From positions 12,686 through 76,685 of the forward strand of contig JAWOJB010000039.1 of NCBI GenBank assembly GCA_046484325.1: 64,000 nucleotides of DNA, written 5' to 3'. The translations under genes were made by a program, and so were the position numbers. The stretch is from Acidimicrobiia bacterium (GTDB taxonomy: Bacteria > Actinomycetota > Acidimicrobiia > Spongiisociales > ZC4RG35). Shown in pieces: positions 41,372 to 49,018 of the stretch; position 1 is the stretch's first letter, and every line of letters begins with the position of its first letter. The notes below the pieces were generated by a model, which saw only the letters and a list, made by a program, of their open reading frames with translations, did not search any database and was not told the origin of the DNA.

Positions 41372-42697
41372 TCAGACCACCGAGAACAACTCCCAGGCCT
41401 CGGGGACCCCCTTCAGCTCGTGAACCCCTCGGGAGCTGAACTCGATCCCAGATCCGGCCACGAGATCTTTCACCGTCCGTGACACCCTCACCTCTCCCGG
41501 TGCCGCCAGGGAGGCGACCCGGGCCCCGATGTGAACCGCCAGTCCGGCGACGTCTCCACCGACGATCTCCATCTCCCCGGTGTGCAATCCGCAACGTACC
41601 TGCAGCCCCAGGGACGGGACCTCTCGACTGATCGCCTGAGCGCAGCGGATGGCTCGCACCGGACCATCGAACCGGGCGACGAACCCGTCGCCGGTCGTGG
41701 TCACCTCCGTTCCGTGCCAGCGGACCAGGAGATTCCGGACCATGGCGTTGTGCCTGCTCAGCAGGTCCCGCCACCTCCGGTCACCCAGCTCGGTCGCCTT
41801 GGACGTGGAACCGACGATGTCGGTGAAGAGAACGGTGGCCAGGACTCGCTCAGGGGGCGAAGAAAAGCGGTGTCCGGTGACGAACTCTTCGATCTCCTCG
41901 AGCATCGGCTCTGTGTGGCCCGCCCAGAAGTAGTGGTCCCGGCCGTCCAGCTCCACCAGCCGTGCCCCCGGGATCTTCGAGGCGATGTATCTGCCCTCCT
42001 CCACCTTGACGTCTTCGTCGTCCGTGCGGTAGAGAAGGAGCGTCGGCACCTTGATGCTGGGGAGGATGCTCGTCACGTCGATCTGGGAGTTCATCGTGAT
42101 CAGGGCGGCCGCAGCCTGCGGGCTGGCCGAGAGGCGCGCATATCGGACAAACCAGTCCTGGAAGGCGGGGTCGTCCGCCCGGCTGGGTGCGTAGTACGAG
42201 AGATCGAACCCCCGTCCCCAGGTCTGTTCGATCTCGTCGATGTGGGCGAGACGCTCCTCCCACGACGGTGCCCACGGGTAGTCGTCGCTTCGGATCCTCT
42301 TCACATAGCACCCTGTGAGGATCATCCCCTCGACCCGGTGGGGGAAGGTGCCGGCGAACAGAACGCACATGTTTCCTCCTTCCGAGTGGCCGAAGAGAAA
42401 CGCCTTCTCCGAGCCGGCAGTGTCCATCACCCCTCGAAGATCGTCCATTCTGACCTCGAGGGTCGGCAGGTCGTCGATCGAGACCGCGTCGGAGAGCCCG
42501 GTGCCTCTCTTGTCGAAGATGATGAGCCGGGAGAACGACGCCAGTCGTTCCAGGAACTGGGCAAGGCCTGGGTCCTCCCACATGACCTCGATGTTGGAGA
42601 CGAAACCCGGCACGTAGACCAGGTCGGGTGGGCCGCTCCCGATCACCTGATAGGCGATGTTGACGTCACCGCTCTTGGCGTAGGAGATCGGGGGCAT
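41372..42697 (-). CDS. alpha/beta-hydrolase fused to class III nucleotidyl cyclase domain (LipJ/Rv1900c-type architecture)
   Basis: ORF 41372..42760. Start at MPPISYAKSG. Hydrolase motifs FDKRGTGLSD and GHSEGG. Cyclase motifs VLFTDIVGST, TTGDGFVARF, GLHTGE, ELKGVPEAWELF. Confidence 0.8.
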   Translation of the reverse strand: MPPISYAKSGDVNIAYQVIGSGPPDLVYVPGFVSNIEVMWEDPGLAQFLERLASFSRLIIFDKRGTGLSDAVSIDDLPTLEVRMDDLRGVMDTAGSEKAFLFGHSEGGNMCVLFAGTFPHRVEGMILTGCYVKRIRSDDYPWAPSWEERLAHIDEIEQTWGRGFDLSYYAPSRADDPAFQDWFVRYARLSASPQAAAALITMNSQIDVTSILPSIKVPTLLLYRTDDEDVKVEEGRYIASKIPGARLVELDGRDHYFWAGHTEPMLEEIEEFVTGHRFSSPPERVLATVLFTDIVGSTSKATELGDRRWRDLLSRHNAMVRNLLVRWHGTEVTTTGDGFVARFDGPVRAIRCAQAISREVPSLGLQVRCGLHTGEMEIVGGDVAGLAVHIGARVASLAAPGEVRVSRTVKDLVAGSGIEFSSRGVHELKGVPEAWELFSVV

Positions 42698-42699
42698 CG

Positions 42700-42990
42700 A
42701 CGGGAGTCTACGGAGTCGCCGCCTCGCGCGACCTCGCCGACGCGTCCCTGGAGTGAGCAAGAACCCAGCTCCGCCTCGTCGCCGACATGCTCGGTGAGCG
42801 CCATCCCGCCGTCTCCGACCCTCTCCTCGAGGCCGAAGCCGACGCCACCGCCGTGTGCGTCTGCTCGATCCCGAGACCGAGGCGAGGGCGACGGAAGGTC
42901 CTCGGCCTGGCCGACCGGACCAGGTAGGCCTCGACCGGGTGATCGACCCCCTTCAGCTCGAGGGGCCCGTACAGAACGGTGTCGAAGACA
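42700..42990 (-). pseudogene. remnant of a cyclase-AAA ATPase gene (cyclase tail, linker and first ATPase motif only; frameshifted)
   Basis: My minus-strand translation gives GVFDTVLYGPLELKGVDHPVEAYLVRS (class III cyclase C-terminus). After a frame change it gives TEHVGDEAELGSCSLQGRVGEVARGGD, which resembles the xVGRExEL entry into AAA_16 ATPases. There is no N-terminal cyclase core and no P-loop. Confidence 0.5.
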
Positions 42991-44739
42991 CCGCCGCTGG
43001 TGGGCAGGGAGCAGGAACTGGAACTGCTCCGCGCCTCCTTGGCGCAAGCTCGGGAGGGACACGAAACCCGATCGCTCACCGTGGTCGGTGAAGCCGGGAT
43101 CGGGAAGTCAAGGCTGATCAGCGAGTTCGACGATTGGTTGAGCGGTGTGGCGGGTGACGTGGAGACCTTCCGGGGCCGTGCCCACGCCTCGTCGCAACAT
43201 GTCCCCTTCTCTTTGATGAGGGACGTGTTGGCCGAACACGCCGGCATCCACGACAGCGATCCCCCGGACACGGTCGGCGAGAAGCTTCAGCAGGACGTCG
43301 TCGCGCTACTGGGTGACGAGCGCGCCGTGACCAAGACCGAGCTGATCGCTCGTCTCCTCGGCTTCGAGATCGGCGAGGCCGAGGACCTGGGCGGAGTCGA
43401 CCCGCAGCATCTCAACGAGTCGGCGCGCGCATTTGTTCAGGAGTACTTCCGGGCGGCGGGGACACCCGCGCCGGCGGTGCTCTTGTGCGAGGACTTGCAC
43501 TGGGCGGACGGGGCCTCCCTCGACATGATTCCACTGGTGGCATCACTCCCGGATGCCGCCGTGCTGGTGGTCGGGTCGGCCCGCCCGTCGCTCCTGGAAC
43601 GCCGACCCGAGTGGGGGGAGGGACTCAGGGGTCACCTCATCGTCGAGTTGGGTCCGTTGACGACGCAGGCCGGTGAGGCGCTTCTCGTCGAATCTCTTGG
43701 CGGCGACCGCTCTGTGCCAGGGCAGTTGCGCCATGTGGTGCTGACCACCGCCGAGGGCAACCCTTTCTACATCGAAGAGTTGATCAAGATGCTGGTCGAA
43801 GACGGGGTGGTCTTCCAGGCGGAGGGAGGCTGGCAGCTGCGGGATGAGGACCTGGCCGGTCTTCGGGTCCCGCCCACCCTGACCGGTGTGCTGCAGGCAC
43901 GTTTCGACACCCTGGAGCCGGAGGAGCGGAGGTGTCTGCAGCACGGCTCGGTGATCGGGCGCGTCTTCTGGGACAAGGCGGTCGACTCCTTGACGGCCGC
44001 AGAGGGAGGCTCACCTGCCGGGCAGAGCACCGCCACGGCCCCGATCCTGGATCAGCTACGCACCCGGGAGATGGTGTTCCGCCACGATCCATCCACCTTC
44101 GATGACACCGAGGAGTATCTGTTCAAGCACGCGCTCCTCCGCGACGTGACCTACTCCACACTCCTGAAACGGCAGCGCCGGGTCTATCACGGTCTGGCGG
44201 CGCGATGGCTGGAGGGTGTGACCGGACGCGCCCGCCGCGAAGGGGAGTTCAGCCGGGTGATCGCCGATCACTACCTGAGCGCGGACGAGCCGAGTAAGGC
44301 CGCCGATTGGTACCTGCGCGCCGGGAAGGTTGCTGCTGCCCAGTTCGCCAACCAGGCTGCGCTGGAAGCGTTCGCCCGCGCCCTGGACCTGAGGCCTGAT
44401 GCGAGCCCACGCTGGCGGGCGGAAGTGCTGCTCGAGCGGGAGGAAGTCAACGAGCTCCTCGGGGACAGGGAGCGGCAGCGACTCGATCTGGACGCTGCGC
44501 AGGCCATCGCCGATGAGATCGGCGATGGCCATCTCGGAGCCTCGGTGGTCTCGCCGCACGGTCTCGGTACCGTCCTTCATCGTCGAGGAGCTGGCGCGAC
44601 ACCTTGCCGAGCACGCCGACCCGTCCGGGCTGCTGTTCAGTGCGCCATCGGGTGGCCCCACTCGGCGAACGAACTTGCGACGTCGTATCTGGCTACCGGC
44701 CGTCCGAGGATCCGTCAGCGAGCCCTGAACGTTTCATGA
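42979..44739 (+). CDS. AAA_16/STAND ATPase with TPR start, 3'-truncated; the ORF tail after about 44535 is read-through into an integrase remnant
   Basis: ORF 586 aa. PPLVGREQELELL, Walker A VVGEAGIGKSRL, Walker B VLLCEDLHWAD, TPR-like ADWYLRAGKVAAAQFANQAALEAFARAL. The last roughly 65 aa are low-sense, while another frame there encodes integrase motifs. Confidence 0.6.
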   Translation: MSKTPPLVGREQELELLRASLAQAREGHETRSLTVVGEAGIGKSRLISEFDDWLSGVAGDVETFRGRAHASSQHVPFSLMRDVLAEHAGIHDSDPPDTVGEKLQQDVVALLGDERAVTKTELIARLLGFEIGEAEDLGGVDPQHLNESARAFVQEYFRAAGTPAPAVLLCEDLHWADGASLDMIPLVASLPDAAVLVVGSARPSLLERRPEWGEGLRGHLIVELGPLTTQAGEALLVESLGGDRSVPGQLRHVVLTTAEGNPFYIEELIKMLVEDGVVFQAEGGWQLRDEDLAGLRVPPTLTGVLQARFDTLEPEERRCLQHGSVIGRVFWDKAVDSLTAAEGGSPAGQSTATAPILDQLRTREMVFRHDPSTFDDTEEYLFKHALLRDVTYSTLLKRQRRVYHGLAARWLEGVTGRARREGEFSRVIADHYLSADEPSKAADWYLRAGKVAAAQFANQAALEAFARALDLRPDASPRWRAEVLLEREEVNELLGDRERQRLDLDAAQAIADEIGDGHLGASVVSPHGLGTVLHRRGAGATPCRARRPVRAAVQCAIGWPHSANELATSYLATGRPRIRQRALNVS

Positions 44740-44962
44740 CCTTCGGCACACCCACGCTGCGCCTGTTCATTGCGCAAGGAGAGCACCCGAAGGTGATCCA
44801 GGAGCGGCTCGGCCACGCCTCGATCAAGACCACCTTGACACCTACACCTCTTCGACGGCCTCGCGGCGGCCACTGCCGAGCGCCTGAACGCATCTTGGCG
44901 CGGTTCTCGCGTGGACATCGTGGACGCAGCGCGAACGCGGCGCCATCGAGCTTCCGGCCAGA
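44540..44962 (+). pseudogene. tyrosine recombinase/phage integrase fragment (C-terminal catalytic half, several frameshifts, N-terminus missing)
   Basis: Frame 1: RRTVSVPSFIVEELARHLAEHADPSGLLFSAPSGGPTRRTNLRRRIWLPAV. Frame 2: LFIAQGEHPKVIQERLGHASIKTTL. The RFHDLRHTHA box is only recovered by adding a base (cgtttcatgaccttcggcacacccacgct). Confidence 0.7.
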
Positions 44963-44971
44963 TGAGCGAAT

Positions 44972-44990
44972 CCCCTTGCGTCGCAAGGGG
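44972..44990. terminator. hairpin between the integrase remnant and the tRNA-Ile 3' end
   Basis: ccccttg-cgtcg-caagggg (7-bp stem) followed by attcttc. Confidence 0.35.
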
Positions 44991-44999
44991 ATTCTTCAG

Positions 45000-45074
45000 T
45001 GGGCCCAGGTGGACTTGAACCACCGACCTCATCCTTATCAGGGATGCGCTCTAACCGGGCTGAGCTATGGGCCC
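45000..45074 (-). tRNA. ileT: tRNA-Ile (anticodon GAU)
   Basis: Hand-folded cloverleaf, 75 nt, no encoded CCA: GGGCCCA TA GCTC AGCCCGGTTA GAGC G CATCC CTGATAA GGATG AGGTC GGTGG TTCAAGT CCACC TGGGCCC A. Confidence 0.9.
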
Positions 45075-45396
45075 TGTACTGGTAGTCAAGGAAACAAAGT
45101 CTACAGGGGCTTCCGGGGCTTCTGGAATCTGTCGTAGAGAGGTACGACAGGCGCCGCAGCGCATCCAGGCGGGTACGCTCAACACCAGGGAGGGTCGTCG
45201 CCTTCGTTGTGGTTTGTCATGTTGCTCTGGCTGGAGTGGTGCAGGGGCCTACGTCGGGATCCAAGACGATGCCTCTCGGCATCCTCTTTAACGCAGGCTT
45301 AGTGGCGGTCCGACAGCGTGGTTGCGATGGGCGGAGACACAACGCTCGTTGCCGAGATGCTGGGTACTCCAGATTAGGTCCAAAGAGGTGGCCTAG

Positions 45397-48363
45397 ATGG
45401 ACACGATGCGGTACGCGATCCTGGGTCCGCTTGAGGTAACGCGGGCAGGGGTCCCGGTGCAGGTCAACGGACCGAAGCAGCGAGCCCTCCTAACTCTCCT
45501 GCTACTCCACGCCAACGAGGTCGTGTCGACTGACAGGATCATCGAAGCTCTGTGGGGGCCCGATGTGGACGGGCGGGAGGTCGGAACACTGCGTGTCCAC
45601 ATCGCCAACCTGCGGAGAGCTCTCGAGCCAGGCCGGCGAAAGGGCGATGAGCCAGAGATGCTCGTCACTCATCCGCCTGGCTACTTGCTGCGTGTCGATG
45701 ACGAAGGGATCGACACGCAGCGTTTTGAGCGGCTTGGCTCCGAGGGCCGACGAACGGTTCAGGATGACCCGGGCTACGCGGCCGAGCTTCTCATAGAGGC
45801 CCTGGGCCTGTGGCGAGGCTCCGCTCTCCAAGACGTGCTCTACGAGGATTTTGCTCAGATCGACATCCAGCGGCTCGATGAGCTGCGGCTGTCGGCGGTG
45901 GAGAATCTCAATGAGGCGCGGTTGGCCATGGGCGAACACGCGGATCTGGTCGGTGACCTGGAATCACAGGTTGCGGCCCATCCGCTCAGGGAACGTCTGT
46001 GGGGTCAATTGATGATCTCCCTATATCGCAGTGGCCGACAGGCCGAAGCCTTTGCTGCCCACCAGCGGCTGTCCGACATCCTTGGCCAGCACGGGTTGGT
46101 GCCTGGCCCCGGGTTGAAACTGCTCGAGGACCGGATCCTTGTCAACGACCCGAGCTTGATGACGCCAACCATGAGGATTGGACCTCATCGAGGGCCTCCT
46201 GCCGAACGGACCAGGTTGATTGGCCGCAGCCGGGAACTAGCCCACCTCGAGTCACGACTCGATGGCGCACGGCTCCTCACGCTCACCGGATCGGGTGGAG
46301 TGGGAAAGACTCGCCTTGCGCAGCGGCTCGCCTGGACCCTCGTAGATGAACATGCCGAGGTGTGGTGGGTGGAGCTGAGCGGACTCTCCGACCCGCAGAT
46401 GATCCCGGAGCAGATCGCCGCTGCGGGTGGGTTGTCACAGGGACCGAACATAGAGACCGTGGACCTTCTGGTGAGACTGGCATCGGTGAGGGATCTGGTG
46501 ATCGTCCTCGACAACTGCGAACACCTCATCGACGCATCGGCCCGTATTGTGGACAGGCTGTTGGCCGAGTCGCCCGGTGTCCGATTCATTACCACAACAC
46601 GCGAGCCTCTGCAGGTGGACGGCGAATTGGTCTGGCGTGTCTCGTCGCTGTCGGTCCCTGAGGTCAGGACTCCGCTGGACGAGATAGAGGGGTATCCCAG
46701 CGTCGAGCTCTTCCTGGAACACACCAGGTCAAGAGGCGGCGTCGTCTCACAATCGGAACTACCCGACGTCGCAGTCATCTGTCGGCGGCTCGATGGGATC
46801 CCGCTAGCCCTCGAGCTGGCGGCTGCTCGCGCAACGACCCTTAGCCCCGCCGAAATCAGCGAGCGTCTGGCTGACCGATTCTCGTTGCTGGAACGCAGCC
46901 GACGCACCGCGATTGCTCGACATCGAACACTCGAGGCGGCGATTGACTGGAGCTTCCAACTGTTGGATGAAGGGGATCGACGGCTGCTGACTCGATTGGC
47001 GGTGTTCGTCGCCGGCTTCGATCAAGCGGCTGCTCAGAAGGTCTGCGCGTACGAACCACTGACGACGGAGGATGTGGAAGTCGGGGTGGAGCGGCTTGTC
47101 GAGAAGTCGCTGATCGAACCAGCGCCGGGCCCTGATAGGGGCTTCCGGCTGACGGAGTCGATACAGGCGTTCGCCTGGGATCGTCTGGTAGATGACCCGG
47201 ATCAGCTCGTGGTTCGACATCGGGATTGGGCGCTCAGTTTGGCTGTGGAAGGAGGGAGACAGATCCTCTGCGACGAAGGCACCTGGTTCCCCCGACTCGA
47301 AGCGGCACATGAGGATCTACGAACCGCCTTCGACGAGTCGCTTCGCCGAGGCGATGTCGACGCCGCTCTCCGCCTTGGCGGCTCCATCGGTAGCTATCTC
47401 TTGTGGCGACGCACCAACGAAGCACTGAAATTGTTGGAGCGAGCCATTCTCGCAGCCGACCAGGCTCCTCAAGCGGTGAGACCGTCGACAAGGGCTCTGG
47501 GCCTGCTAGCCATCGGCCCTTTCCTCTGCTACCACAACCGAGTTGAGGAGGGACACAGACGGCTGGCTGAGGCGGCTGAGATCTACAGAAAACTGGACCA
47601 CAAGGCCGGGCTGATGTGGGTCCGCTATCAGCAGAGCTACTTTCCCGTCACTGGTGATCCAGCGGAGCCTCTGCGACATGGCCAAGCCGCCGCGGATTTG
47701 GCGCGGCAGATTGCGGACCCGGTGTCACTGGCGCATATGCTCACCCGATTCGCCGAAACCAAACTGTCACGCCTCACTCGCAGCGATGTCAAAGCGTCGA
47801 GCGAACTGGAAGAGATCATCTCATTATGTGAAGAAGCCATGCGCTACTGCGAGAAACTGCCTAATCCCTACGCCGCGGGCATGACGAAGATCGTGCTGGG
47901 ACATGCCCTCTCGATACAGGGGAACACCAACGAGGGATGGGCGTTGGTCGAGCAGGGCGTTCAGGAGCGTAACCGCTTCGCCCTTGGGATCCCTTGCGCA
48001 TATGAGCTCATATCGGCTGGCCATCTCGCCCATCGCCTCGGCTACGAGGATCGGTCCTCGACCTTGGTCCGAAGAGGTCTGGAATGTCTCAGTGAACTTG
48101 GGCTGATGGACGCCACAAGACCAGCACTGCTCGGTGCTGCAGCGGTGCTTCGAAGGTCGGCGCCGAGCGTGGCTGCTCAGATTCTGGGAGCCGCAGAATG
48201 CGTCGAACCATTGAAATACCACGTTTCGGTCCTCTTCGACGAAGGACAGGTCTTGGAACGGGTCCGCAGCGAACTCGGGAGCATCGAGCTCTCACAGGAG
48301 AGAGAGCAGGGGGCACGTTTGAGTCCTGAGGATGCGATCGGCCTCGCTCTGGCGCACATCTGA
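45397..48363 (+). CDS. large SARP/AfsR-type regulator: OmpR-like wHTH, BTAD, NB-ARC-type NTPase, TPR
   Basis: ORF 988 aa. MRYAILGPLEV...LRVHIANLRRAL (wHTH). RLDELRLSAVENLNEARL...LWGQLMISLYRSGRQAEAFAAHQRL (BTAD). Walker A LTGSGGVGKTRLA, Walker B LVIVLDNCEHL. Helical repeats to the C-terminus. Confidence 0.85.
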   Translation: MDTMRYAILGPLEVTRAGVPVQVNGPKQRALLTLLLLHANEVVSTDRIIEALWGPDVDGREVGTLRVHIANLRRALEPGRRKGDEPEMLVTHPPGYLLRVDDEGIDTQRFERLGSEGRRTVQDDPGYAAELLIEALGLWRGSALQDVLYEDFAQIDIQRLDELRLSAVENLNEARLAMGEHADLVGDLESQVAAHPLRERLWGQLMISLYRSGRQAEAFAAHQRLSDILGQHGLVPGPGLKLLEDRILVNDPSLMTPTMRIGPHRGPPAERTRLIGRSRELAHLESRLDGARLLTLTGSGGVGKTRLAQRLAWTLVDEHAEVWWVELSGLSDPQMIPEQIAAAGGLSQGPNIETVDLLVRLASVRDLVIVLDNCEHLIDASARIVDRLLAESPGVRFITTTREPLQVDGELVWRVSSLSVPEVRTPLDEIEGYPSVELFLEHTRSRGGVVSQSELPDVAVICRRLDGIPLALELAAARATTLSPAEISERLADRFSLLERSRRTAIARHRTLEAAIDWSFQLLDEGDRRLLTRLAVFVAGFDQAAAQKVCAYEPLTTEDVEVGVERLVEKSLIEPAPGPDRGFRLTESIQAFAWDRLVDDPDQLVVRHRDWALSLAVEGGRQILCDEGTWFPRLEAAHEDLRTAFDESLRRGDVDAALRLGGSIGSYLLWRRTNEALKLLERAILAADQAPQAVRPSTRALGLLAIGPFLCYHNRVEEGHRRLAEAAEIYRKLDHKAGLMWVRYQQSYFPVTGDPAEPLRHGQAAADLARQIADPVSLAHMLTRFAETKLSRLTRSDVKASSELEEIISLCEEAMRYCEKLPNPYAAGMTKIVLGHALSIQGNTNEGWALVEQGVQERNRFALGIPCAYELISAGHLAHRLGYEDRSSTLVRRGLECLSELGLMDATRPALLGAAAVLRRSAPSVAAQILGAAECVEPLKYHVSVLFDEGQVLERVRSELGSIELSQEREQGARLSPEDAIGLALAHI

Positions 48364-48523
48364 GTCAAGTCTTCAAGGGATGTGTCGCCCTGGGTTGACA
48401 ACGTCAGGGGCCGCCGCGAGATCGCGAAACCGCTCATGGACGTCAGCAGTCGCCCCCGGGCGTGGTCCGGGCAGAGGGGCCGCCCGAGCTCGAGCGCGAT
48501 CCGACCACACTTGCACGAGCCGC

Positions 48524-48549
48524 GGGGGCGGCTTCGAGTCGCCGCCCCC
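48524..48549. terminator. GC-rich hairpin between convergent genes
   Basis: gggggcggc-ttcgagtc-gccgccccc (9-bp stem) in the 205-nt spacer between the large SARP stop and the repeat-protein stop. Confidence 0.4.
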
Positions 48550-48568
48550 ATGCCCGTCTCTCTCCCCT

Positions 48569-48922
48569 CTAGCCGGTCGCCCGCTCCTGGATCTGCTGGA
48601 AGCGGAGCATCTCGGCGTACTCGAAGGAGCCATCCGGGGGCAGCGGGTTGAGCGTCTGCATCCGGATGAGCTCCGCCGCCTCGAACGAGCCGTCTGACGG
48701 CAGCGGGTCGAGCGCCTCCATCCGCATGGCCTCGGCGACCTGGAAGGAGCCATCGGTGTCGGTGACCTGCGCCGACGGGGCGACCATCCAGACCACCAGG
48801 CCCACCACGAGCAACACGAGGGCGAACCCGAGCCACTGGATCCACGGCACCAGTCCGCTGGGCCGGGGCGGGGCCTCTGGAGGCCGCTCGATGACCTGCT
48901 CACGTTGCTGGACCTGTGTCAC
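48569..48922 (-). CDS. small single-pass membrane protein with three tandem 20-residue repeats (DGSFxxAExxRxxxLxPLPx)
   Basis: 3' part of ORF 48569..49033. GTG start preceded by GAAGGAGG with a 6-nt spacer; alternative ATG at 48949. TM segment IQWLGFALVLLVVGLVVWMVAP. Repeats: DGSFQVAEAMRMEALDPLPS / DGSFEAAELIRMQTLNPLPP / DGSFEYAEMLRFQQIQERATG. Confidence 0.6.
   Translation of the reverse strand: MTQVQQREQVIERPPEAPPRPSGLVPWIQWLGFALVLLVVGLVVWMVAPSAQVTDTDGSFQVAEAMRMEALDPLPSDGSFEAAELIRMQTLNPLPPDGSFEYAEMLRFQQIQERATG
48572..48754. repeat. three tandem copies of a roughly 60-bp coding repeat
   Basis: DNA units ctcgaaggagccatccgggggcagcgggttgagcgtctgcatccggatgagctccgccgc / ctcgaacgagccgtctgacggcagcgggtcgagcgcctccatccgcatggcctcggcgac / ctggaaggagccatcggtgtc..., read on the plus strand. 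Confidence 0.8.
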
Positions 48923-49018
48923 GGTCCACCTCCTTCGATGACCCACCATGACACCGGTCGCATTCGGTTCGTTGAGGACGCGCTGATGGAACCCTGACCA
49001 ACTCCCCTGGATGGCCCC

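Larger units (their letters stand above)
42979..44999. mobile_element. degraded remnant of an integrative element on the 3' side of tRNA-Ile
   Basis: Tyrosine-integrase pseudogene abutting the tRNA 3' end, truncated cargo gene, lower GC than the core. No intact recombinase and no clear att repeat found by eye. Confidence 0.4.

Noticed and set aside
41372-42697. Cyclase gene as part of a Pycsar/CBASS-like antiphage signalling system
   Set aside because: The architecture matches the known LipJ-type hydrolase-cyclase. No neighbouring effector with a cyclic-nucleotide-binding, TIR, patatin or TM-pore domain is present; the neighbours are a GNAT and pseudogene stubs.
45095-45130. Possible att direct repeat of the tRNA-Ala 3' end
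   Set aside because: Only a 9 to 13-nt imperfect resemblance (aggggcttc / ggggcttctggaatc versus gaggggattcgaacc). That is too weak to call without a computed alignment, so it is mentioned only as a lead.
45397-48363. 988-aa STAND NTPase as an Avs-like antiphage sensor
   Set aside because: The N-terminus is an OmpR-type wHTH plus BTAD (SARP) DNA-binding module rather than a nuclease/protease/TIR effector. The overall AfsR-like layout is a known transcription-regulator architecture.
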